A stretch of DNA of 64,000 nt, from assembly GCF_048593235.1 (NCBI RefSeq), contig NC_133620.1, forward strand, positions 169,696,852-169,760,851, in the 5' to 3' direction. The DNA comes from Sminthopsis crassicaudata (Eukaryota). This document shows, piece by piece, positions 54,150 through 64,000 of the stretch. How positions within the stretch are numbered: position 1 is the stretch's first letter; each line of letters opens with the position of its first letter. A program made the position numbers and the translations under genes. The notes beneath the pieces are model-generated. The model was not told the DNA's origin. It saw only the letters and a list, made by a program, of their open reading frames with translations, and did no database searches.

Positions 54150-54390
54150 CCTGTCTTTATAAAAACTTTAAGATTTGATAAAATTTTTACTTACATTATC
54201 TCATTTGATGTCCATAAAAGCCCTGTAGGATACAAACTTCAAGTTTTATGATTCCAGTTTTACAAATGATGAAACTGAGGCTAAGGGAAGACAGGTTACT
54301 TTTTTAGAAGTTCTATGCTAATAAATGTCTGAGATAGGATTTGAATTTTTATCACTCTACTCATTCTTTTCCTCCTACCACAGCATGTCA
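54150..54390 (-). mobile_element. MIR
   Basis: acattatctcatttgatgtcc...gttttacaaatgatgaaactgaggct. Confidence 0.75.
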
Positions 54391-56321
54391 CTATGATTGC
54401 TTTTTCAACCAAAATATTTTTTGTGTGTCTTTCCTTAATTATTTCAAAAAGTAGATAACTCATATCAGCTTTTTTTTCAGTGTTGAGAACTGTGGTCTAC
54501 ACAGTAGGACTTTTAATATGCTTATCGAATGACAAATTCAAATAAGGACACAATTATATTAAATTTAATGACTACTGCAAGAAAGGAACTGAAATAAAAC
54601 TGGCACCATCAATTCCATGTTTAAAGTATTTCTCTTTTGGTTCAGTGAACAAAATATATAAAGGTATCATCAATGAACTCTGAACATTATCATTATTATT
54701 CCCTAACCTTCTGCTCATGTTGTTTACTCCTATTGTTGCAGCTGTGTGAGCTGGATGAAAATTCTGAGTAATTGTTTTTCACAATAACCCTCAATCCACT
54801 TCCCTGATCAGAGATTCAAATGGTTATTCTATTTAGCATATATTTCCTTGATTGATTCCTTGAGCTCAGACTAATTATTTTATATTTTTTAACCTTGAAC
54901 TACATCACTATATTACTTGCTCTGCCAATCACTAAAATAACTGCAATTCTTGGGAATTTAAATGCCCCACTTCTCATTATTGGTCCTGACTCCAATTTGG
55001 GTGTCAATTTATTTGTGTATCTTGTTTTTTATATTATTCCTTAAAGCTAATTTCTAGCATCAGTGAAAGGCCTGTCAAAATGAATAATCTGAAAGCAGTT
55101 TGATCAAGATTTTCTGCTTTTATATTTACCCATCCTTTAGAAATAATTCACCTTTTGGGCTATAATATTACTCTATACATGTCCATACTCAGAAAGGTAA
55201 TTTTTCTCTGAAGTTTATGGATAAGAAGAAGGTGGAGTCTATATTCAATCAATCAGCAAGAATCTGTGAAGGGATTAGAATTTATTCTTCAAATAGAAAA
55301 AGTACCATGACATTATTCATTCATTTAAAAACATTATTAGTTATTTTCATGGTGACTTAGACTTCTTGGCCATTCTTTTCAACAGTAGCTGTATCTTCAC
55401 TGATTCTTCTCAGCTCACTGTTGGAATACTCCTTACCCTCCATTGCCACTTTTAGGTTCTAGCCTTTCTCCATTACTAAGTAACTTCCTTTGAAATTCAT
55501 GCTGTTCTTGTCTACCAGGGAAATAAAATCTCTAATAGTTGTTGTCTTCATGACCTAGGTTACTCCCATAACTTCCTCAATGAATTTGATACTTTGCTCA
55601 GAATTTTTCCCTCCTTCCCAAATCTTACCTTTATATCAAGGATTTCAACTTACATATTGATTCTCCCTTAAATACTCTAATGATTTACTTCCTTAACTTA
55701 TCTCCCACAAACTAGTCTTTTACCTCACCTTAGTCACATAGATGTGTAGTGATACCCTGGATTTTGCCATCATCCACAAACGTACTACTTCCATGTTAAA
55801 AAATTCTGAAATCCCCTTATTTCAGCATAATTTATTGGACTTTCATTTTTCTTTCTGCCTTCTTTTACATACCTCTACTCTTCATCCCACATCATGACCT
55901 CTTATCTATTGATCCCCTCCATCTTCTTCCAAGTTATCTCCTCTGCATTAGTCACTATCTTCTCTTCTCTCCATCTTGACTCAGTGAACAAATTCAATTC
56001 TATGTTGTCCTCTTTTACTGAATTTCTAGATTCCTTATTGTATCATCAGTTACCTGTAGCCAAGACTCAGTGCTGGATCACTCCCACTATTTGTCATCTT
56101 CTTCTCCTTTACATTTATAATACATGATAAAATGGACTTACCCCTTACCAAGGCAAATGCTTCTTCTTGGTCAAACAATCTCATTCCATCCTGTCTCTTC
56201 CAAAAGTTTGTCCCCTCTCTCACCTCCACTCTTTAACTTATTTTAAATCTCTTCCTCTCTACTAATTTCCTACATTCATTTCTTCCCATCCTGAAAAAAA
56301 ACTTCAATAATTCCTTTCATC

Positions 56322-56988
56322 AAGGGACCTGTATATGCCAAAATGTTTGTGGCAGCCCTTTTTGTAGTGGCTAGAAACTGGAAAATAAATAGATGCCTAT
56401 CAATTGGAGAATCGTTGGGTAAACTATTGTATATGAATGTTATGGAATATTATTGTTCTGTAAGAAATGACCAGCAGGATGAATACAGAGAGGCTTGGAG
56501 AGACTTACATGAACTGATGCTGAGTGAAATGAGCAGAACCAGAAGATTACTATACACTTCAACAACAATACTGTATGAGGATGTATTCTGATGGAAGTGG
56601 ATATCTTCAACAAAGAGAAGATCTAACTCAGATCCAATTGATCAATGATGGACAGGATCAGCTACATCCAGAGAAGGAACACTGGGAAATGAGTGTAAAC
56701 TGTTTGCAGTTTTGTTTTTCTTCCCAGGTTATTTTTACCTTCTGAATCTAATTCTTCCTGTGCAACCAAAAATTTGGTTCTGCACACATATATTGTATCT
56801 AGGATATACTATAACATATTTAACATGTATGAGATTGCCTGCCATCTAGGGGAGGGGGTGGAGGGAGGGAAGGGAAAAGTCTGAACAGAAGTGAGTGCAA
56901 GGGATAATGTTGTAAAAAATTACCCATGCATATATACTGTCAAAAAATGATATAATTAATAAAATTAATTTTAAAATCTCAAAAAAAT
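56322..56988 (+). mobile_element. 5'-truncated L1 with perfect 16-bp TSD
   Basis: MFVAALFVVARNWK ORF2 tail plus 3' UTR. TSD aataattcctttcatc at 56306-56321 and 56989-57004. Confidence 0.95.
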
Positions 56989-57874
56989 AATAATTCCTTT
57001 CATCTCTGATAATTATTATCCAAAGTCCTTTGACCTTAATAGCTAAATTCCTTGAAAAAACTGTCTACAATAGGTGCCATCACTTTACACTCATTCTTTT
57101 CTCAACTCCTTATATAATGTATCTTCCAATAAGTGACATTGATACTGCATTCTCTTCAAATTTACTAATGATCTGTTACTAAATACAGAGACAATTTCTC
57201 ATTTCTTATCCTCCTTGAGCTCTCTGAAATCTTTGCACTGTTGATCATCTTTCCTCTTTGATACTCTTTTTTCTCTAGGTTTCCAAGATATCACTCTCTT
57301 CTTGTTCCTCTGATACGTTTTTGGCCACTCCTCTATCTCCTTTGCATGATCCTCCTCCAGATCATGTACTCTAATCACAAGCATTCCACAAGGTTCTGTC
57401 TTGGACCCTCTGCTCCTCTCCCTCCCCACTACTTTGGTGACCTCATCAGCTCCCAGGGATTTAATTATCCTCTCTTCACTTTTGGTTAACTAACTTTTCA
57501 GTCTCAATCTCCTTGTCGACCTTAAATTTCACATTTTTAAGCACCTTTCACACATTTCAAGCTGGATGTCTACAAGACATTTTAAACACAACATGGTCAA
57601 AATGGAATTCATTATCTAATCTCCTGCCACCCCACAAATTACCTTTCCCAATCTATGGTGCAGAGGTCAAAATTATCTTCTTAGTCATTTAAACTTGCAA
57701 CCTAGGAGTCATTTGGATTTTTTACTCTTTCACCTTCCTATTCAACTATTGTGAAGACTTGCTGATTTTATCTTTTCAACATTTTTCAAATATGTCCCCT
57801 TTTATCTTCTGAAACTGTCCCTAATCTAGTACAGGCTTTCATCACCTTATACCTAGACTATTGCAATGCTTCTT

Positions 57875-58083
57875 TTTTTAAATTCATTTTTCCAAATTAT
57901 CCCCTCCCTCCCTCCACTCCCTCCCCCCGATGGCAGGTAATCCCATACATTTTACATGTGTTACAATATAACCTAGATACAATATATGTGTGTAAATACC
58001 TTTTTCTTGTTGCACATTAATTATTAGCTTCCGAAGGTATAAGTAACCTGGGTAGATAGACAGTAGTGCTAACAATTTACATT
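57875..58083 (-). mobile_element. 209-bp L1 3' UTR insertion with perfect 17-bp TSD
   Basis: Reverse L1 3' UTR with a G-rich tract. TSD ctattgcaatgcttctt at 57858-57874 and 58084-58100. Confidence 0.95.
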
Positions 58084-58719
58084 CTATTGCAATGCTTCTT
58101 AATGAGTCTTCCCTGCCTTAAGTCTTTATCCACTCTATTCCATTCTCTACTCAGTAGCTAAAGTGATTTTTCCTAAAGCTTGGTTGTGATTATGTCACCC
58201 TTCAAGCGCAATAAACTCCAGTGGCTTCCTATTGTTTCCAGAACAAATACAAAATTTTATACTTGGCATTCAAACTCTTTCATAACCTAGCCCCCTCCTA
58301 CCTTTCTAGTATTCTTTTTCATTAATCCAACACATGCATTTTGATACAGTGACAATGGGCTCCTAGCTGTCTCATGAACAAAACATTGCATTTCTAAGCT
58401 AGGCATTTTCTCTGTCTCCAATGCCTGGAATGCTCTCCCTCTTCAATTCCAACTACTATACTCTCTGCCTTAATTTAAGTCCCAAATGAAATTCCATCTT
58501 GTAAAAGAAAGCTTCTTCAACCCATCTCAATTGTAATGCCTTCCATCTTCTACTTATTTTCTATTTATTTTGTATATAGCAAACTTGTATAAATTTATTT
58601 ACATTTTACCTCTCCCATTAGATTATAAATTCCTTGGGTCCAGAGCTGTCATTTTTATTTTGTTTTTGTATCTTGAGCACTTAGCACAGTAGCTTCTTAA
58701 TAAATGTTTATTAATTGAT

Positions 58720-59400
58720 TGTTTGCTTAAGCATACGCCATATGTCAGGCATTAGGCTAAGGTCTGGTATACAAAGAAAAGCTAAAAGCCAAAATAAAAA
58801 AAATAGTCCCTGCTTTCTAGGAGCTAATTGTCTAATAAGTAAGACAACATGCAAACTATTACATTTAAATGAAATATTGAATTGGAGATTATATAATCTA
58901 AGCCAGGTGTAAAGTACTTTTCCAAGAAGTGTTGTGGGTTAAATTAAGGAGAAAAATGGACACAGGAGATTTTTAAGATGGACACACCTGAGACTGTTTT
59001 TTAGAAATATGGGAATATTCAAGGAGTAGGGAAAGTATGATCATAAACAAGGGAAGTTGATGATGGAACAAAGTTCTATAGGTAGAAAAAGGGAATGGAT
59101 AAGGGTACATGTGAAGGAGTTTACATTGGCAAGGAACAAGAGCCATCTATCAGAGATTAGAGGGAAAAGAGAAAGAATAAAGAAAAGAAAGAATCTTAAT
59201 ATGGAGAGGTAGAAAAATAAGGAAACATAGTACAAATTTCCTTCATCTCAGGCAAGTAGGAAGTAGGATTATATTGCCGAGGGCAAGAAGAAAGAACAAT
59301 TTTGAAATAGTCCTTGTGGAGAATGAGGTTGAGAATTAATGATACTAGAATAAAAATTGCATATAGTAGTACGGTTCTTCTGAGATTCTGTACTATAAAT
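58720..59400 (-). mobile_element. L2 fragment, tail-to-tail with the preceding L2
   Basis: ttaagcatacgccatatgtcaggcattaggctaag...atacaaag...agtccctgctttctaggagct. Confidence 0.65.
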
Positions 59401-59469
59401 TTATAGGCCATAAAATCATCTTAGTCTTGAAACTGGCAATGGTAAAGATTATAAATAGGTTGAGAAAAA

Positions 59470-59640
59470 TAGCATTTTATGGTACAATGGAAAGAATTCT
59501 GGATTTTGTGACAGATAACCTGAGTTTACATCTTGGCTTTGCTACTTGTTTACCTATTGACCTTGATTTAATTACCTTCTTTCTTTGCACCTAAGTTTCT
59601 CATCTGGAAGATGAAGGGTTTGTATTAGATGACAAAGCAA
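59470..59640 (+). mobile_element. MIR
   Basis: ggtacaatggaaagaattctggattt...cctgagtttacatcttggc...agtttctcatctggaagatg. Confidence 0.7.
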
Positions 59641-60629
59641 AGTTAAAACATTAAAACAAAGCATTGTTAAACATATGCAATTATCTTATTTCAGTTTTTA
59701 TAAATGTTATTTCCAAGCCTTATAAATTTTTCCCCTGAACTTTTTCTTAACTGTCTATATTAGAGGCAGGCAGTCAGTTAGCTAGTATTCATTAAGTCCC
59801 TTTTATATGATATGAACTATATTAAGTGCTGGGGGCAATATAGAGTAATGGATATCTCAAAATCCAAAAAAGCTGAGTTCTCATACAATCTCTGTATTTT
59901 CTGTATGACCCTAGATGAATTACTTAAAAACTCAGAACCTCATGGCAACTATCAAAAACTTTAAGGTGCTTAATCACCTACTAATATTAGTAGGTAAGGT
60001 CCTACTAGTAATTAATAGGTGGGGTCCTACTACTAATTTCCCTCTTAGAAGTTCCTTGTGCTAATGAAATCACAGATCTAGAACAGCAATAGAAAAGATC
60101 ACATATAAATATAAATTTCCCTAAATGCTATTTATATTGTCTAATTTAAAAGTAAATGTTTAAAAAAACTATATAGTACTAAATAAATATTAGACTAGAA
60201 CCTAGTTCCTTGCATTTAGCAGGTACTCAGTGAATACTTTTTTTTTTTTTTGGTTGACTGGTTCACTAAAAGGTTACATTATAATTAATTGTTCTAGGAC
60301 TATAGAGATGTAGTTAAGATCTTATAAATTGTGAAATAAGGAATTAAACTCTAATCAGGTTATATACAATTCTGAAGATAACAGGAGGGATTATCTTGCA
60401 TTGTAGTTCATTAATTTTCATAGAAGAAACAACCAATGAAACAGAAATCTAGTAAAATACAATTGATGTTATTATTAGCAGACACTCAGAAAAACAGGGT
60501 GTTTGAGTAATAAGCATCTACTTATAAATGCCAAAATCTGCCTGAATAATTTAGGTGTCTGCTATGATAAAATGGTAGAGTTAAAAATTCCCTCCAAGAG
60601 TTTAAAAAGTAATCTGACACCCCCATATT

Positions 60630-60633
<4 letters not shown>

Positions 60634-60700
<67 letters not shown>
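60634..60700 (+). repeat. Pure (TA)33 microsatellite
   Basis: 67 uninterrupted alternating T/A bases. Confidence 0.98.
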
Positions 60701-60705
<5 letters not shown>

Positions 60706-61579
60706 TATACTATGTAAGAGGAAAATTGGCAGTTAATTGCATAACAATTTCTTTATGATAGAGCTGTTGGGAAAAGGGCCACGTCCACGACTTAATTAAA
60801 ATATAAGAAGATAGCTTTAGCCATATTAGCACTAAAACATTATGGGGAATGTTGGTTATGGGGATAGACAAGAAAGATACCCCACAGTCATATGAACATA
60901 AATATATTCATTATGTTTTGGAGAACTGGAAATAAATGAATAAATAAATGAAGACTCACGACTGGATAGAGCCAAGCAGATACACAGGGCATGTGTATGA
61001 AACCAAAGTTATGAACAAAACTCATAGACAAAGTAAAGAATAGGAGTTTTCACTCAGTGCTAACTAAATTAAAGAGGCAGTGGGAAAGAAAGAAAAAAAA
61101 AAACAACTAAGAAATGAGACTCAATAACAGGAATTCACTTAAGAACTAAGAACACCAGAAAATTATCTGATCTTGCTCTAGTTTTTCCTTATAGACAACC
61201 TAGTTTTGAGCACTGGGCTCTTAACAACTGTGCTAACCAGGCCATAGAAAATAGCAATCACTCCAAGAGGAGAAAAAATGCTGACAGCTTTACTATTAGT
61301 ATATCCTACAGTATTAGTGTCAGCTTATTTTTGTCTGAAACAGAAGGAGAACAAGTGTATGTTTTTCTTAGGGCAGAAAACCAATAAAAAGAAAGTTATC
61401 TGATATTGAAACATGGATTAGCTAACTAGTAACAAGGAACTGAAAGTTAGACCTTCCTGGCAACCTAAAATACATTTAATTCTACCCATGGATGTCAGAA
61501 AATCATACTAAATTTTAAAGAAAGAAATGTTCTCTGGATAAAAATAGCTTAATTTTCTATAGTACTTTGAGAATTTCTT

Positions 61580-61790
61580 AGCACATGAAATATTAAATCA
61601 TTTTCCTCATAACAAATTTATAAGATTGTACAAGTGTTTTTATTGCCATTTTGCAAATAGAGAAACTGAGATTCTGATTAGTTAAATTTCTTGCTCAAGG
61701 TCACACAGTTAGTTGGCATTATATCTCAGACTTAGGCTCTAAGGACTTCTTGCTATAAGACCAGTATGCTTTTTACTAAACAATGTGACT
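61580..61790 (-). mobile_element. MIR
   Basis: attgccattttgcaaatagagaaactgagattc...ttgctcaaggtcacacag. Confidence 0.7.
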
Positions 61791-62169
61791 TAGGTGATAG
61801 ATTCCTGTCTAATCATGTTTAAATCCCACATCAAATGAGACACATGAGACTTTTGTGAAAATAAATATTGCACAGAATCTGGCCTACAAACTAGAAAAGC
61901 AAAGCAAATATGTTCTTTTCCTCATACTGGAATTTGGCTGCTCATCATATAAACATCCTCCTTTTGTTTTAACTAATAGTTGGCCATAAGAGTACATGTG
62001 GGATCAAAAATCTTATTGCTTCAAGAAGCCTGAATTACCCCACTTCCTCCTTCCTTGCCCAATGCTGTAATCTCTGCCATGCCCATTCCCAAAATTTACC
62101 CAAGTTTGACAACAGTATTTTCTTGTTCTGAAGCTGTTTCATAGTTTGAGCATAGCCTGGCAATCTGTC

Positions 62170-64000
62170 CACTTAGAAATAAAGATTTCCCCTAGATTAA
62201 CAGAGGAGGAGATAAATTGCTTAAATAGTCCCATTTCAGAAAAAGAAATCGAACAAGCTATTAATCAACTCCCCAGGAAAAAATCCCCAGGGCCAGATGG
62301 ATTCACATGTGAATTCTACCAAACATTTAAAGAACAAGTAGTCCCAATGTTATATAAATTATTTGAAAAAATAGGGGATGAAGGAGTCCTACCAAACTCC
62401 TTTTATGACACAGACATGGTACTGATACCTAAACCAGGTAGATCGAAAACTGAGAAAGAAAATTATAGACTAATCTCCTTAATGAATATTGATGCTAAAA
62501 TCTTAAATAAGATATTAGCAAAAAGACTTCAGAAAATCATCTCCAGGATAATACACTATGATCAAGTAGGATTTATTCCAGGAATGCAGGGCTGGTTTAA
62601 TATTAGGAAAACTATTAATATAATTGACCATATTAATAATCAAATTAATAAGAACCATATGATCATCTCAATAGATGCAGAAAAAGCATTTGACAAAATC
62701 CAACATCCATTCCTACTAAAAACTCTTGAGAGTATAGGAATAAATGGACTATTCCTTAGAATAATCAGAAGCATATATTTAAGACCTTCAGTAAGCATAA
62801 TATGCAATAGAAATAAACTGCAACCTTTCCCAGTAAGATCGGGGTGAAACAAGGTTGCCCACTATCACCATTACTATTCAATATAGTACTAGAAACGCTA
62901 GCCTCGGCAATAAGAGCCGAGAAAGAGATTCAAGGAATTAGAGTAGGAAATGAGGAAATTAAACTGTCACTTTTTGCAGATGACATGATGGTATACTTAG
63001 AGAACCCCAAAGACTCTGCTAAAAAGCTACTAGAAATAATTCAAAATTTCAGCAAAGTGGCAGGATACAAAATAAATCCACATAAATCATCGGCATTTTT
63101 ATATATCACTAACAAAATGCAACAGCAAGAGATACAAAGAGAAATTCCATTCCAAACAAATGTTGAGAGTATAAAGTATTTGGGAATCCATCTACCAAAG
63201 AAAAGTCAGGAATTATATGAGAAAAATTACAAAACACTTGCCACAAAAATAAAATCAGATTTAAATAATTGGAAAGACATTCAGTGCTCTTGGATAAGCC
63301 GAGCGAATATAATAAAGATGACAATACTCCCCAAACTAATCTATTTATTTAGTGCTATACCAATCAGACTCCCAAGAAACTATTTCAATGACCTAGAAAA
63401 CATAACAACAAAATTCATATGGAAGAATAAAAGGTCGAGAATTGCAAGGGAACTAATGAAAAAAAACTCAGAGGAAGGTGGTCTAAGTGTACCTGATCTA
63501 AAGCTATATTATATAGCAGCAGTCACCAAAACCATTTGGTATTGGCTAAGAAATAGACCGCTAGATCAGTGGAACAGATTAGATACAAAGGACAAAAAAG
63601 GATACAGCAACCTAATCTTTGACAAACCCAAAGATACCAACATTAGGGATAAAAATTCATTATTCGGAAAAAACTGTTGGGAAAACTGGAAATTAGTATG
63701 GCAGAAATTAGATATGGATCCACACTTAACACCATATACCAAGATAAGATCAAAATGGATCCATGATTTAGGCATAAAGAGGGAGATAATAAATAGATTA
63801 GAGGAACAGAGGATGGTCTACCTCTCAGACTTGTGGAGGAGGAAGGAGTTTGTGACCAGAGGAGAACTAGAGATCATTATTGATCACAAAATAGAAGATT
63901 TTGATTACATCAAACTAAAAAGTTTCTGTACAAACAATACTAATGCAAACAAGATTAGAAGGGAAGTAACAAATTGGGAAAATATTTTTAAAAACAAAGG
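62170..64000 (+). mobile_element. Young 5'-truncated L1, ORF2 RT region, running off the window edge
   Basis: Contains [40 protein letters not shown] and FADD (62973-62984). One frameshift at about 62841; the second frame is open from 62844 to 64000. Confidence 0.98.

Larger units (their letters stand above)
55400..58720 (+). mobile_element. Long L2 remnant, split by two L1 insertions
   Basis: Pyrimidine-rich L2 body (caaggttctgtcttggaccctctgctc...ctcatcagctccc; ctccagtggcttcctattg) ending in ttagcacagtagcttcttaataaatgttt. Confidence 0.82.
11560..64000 (-). other. LAMA2: LAMA2 intron 4 (partial, >52 kb)
   Basis: Lies upstream of the exon-5 acceptor. I found no exon-4 sequence (VFQIAYVIVKAANSPRPGNW...) in the window. 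Confidence 0.85.

Noticed and set aside
58670-58780. Tail-to-tail L2 junction, the arrangement that gave rise to miR-28/miR-151
   Set aside because: The arms pair poorly by eye. Only an 8-bp AT stem (58697-58714) is present, not a pre-miRNA-like hairpin.
61280-61325. gctgaca...tgtcagc hairpin
   Set aside because: A 7-bp stem with a poorly paired interior, too weak for a miRNA or other structured RNA.
62146-62847. 233-aa ORF as a host gene
   Set aside because: It is an L1 ORF2 fragment. The N-terminal residues come from flanking DNA and the start is not a real initiation site.

Overview
AT-rich vertebrate intronic DNA from a marsupial. WSINE1-, Mar1- and MIR3-type SINEs and the L1 3' UTR style suggest a dasyurid such as Sarcophilus; the species is an inference. 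The window lies inside the laminin alpha-2 gene (LAMA2) on the minus strand. It holds three coding exons that the ORF track misses: 11380-11559, 7448-7537 and 6074-6191. They correspond to human exons 5, 6 and 7 (end of the LN domain and start of LE1) and all have canonical AG/GT splice sites. Positions 11560-64000 are one large intron (intron 4, >52 kb), and 1-6073 is intron 7, which contains a 132-N gap. The introns are filled with L1 (several with exact target-site duplications, plus a young ORF2 copy at the right edge), L2, L3/CR1, MIR, Mar1, WSINE1, hAT-like MITEs, a solo LTR and microsatellites. Almost all listed ORFs are repeat-derived or spurious. I see no RNA gene, CRISPR array or new protein-coding system. 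The most interesting leads are repeat-free intronic blocks with dense motif clusters (18.6-19.1 kb; a TGACA cluster at 25.5-25.9 kb), unusual L1 junctions (an inverted target-site copy and a 3'-truncated insertion) and the near-intact L1 ORF2. Repeat family names come from recalled consensus sequences, not a database search, and most repeat boundaries are approximate.
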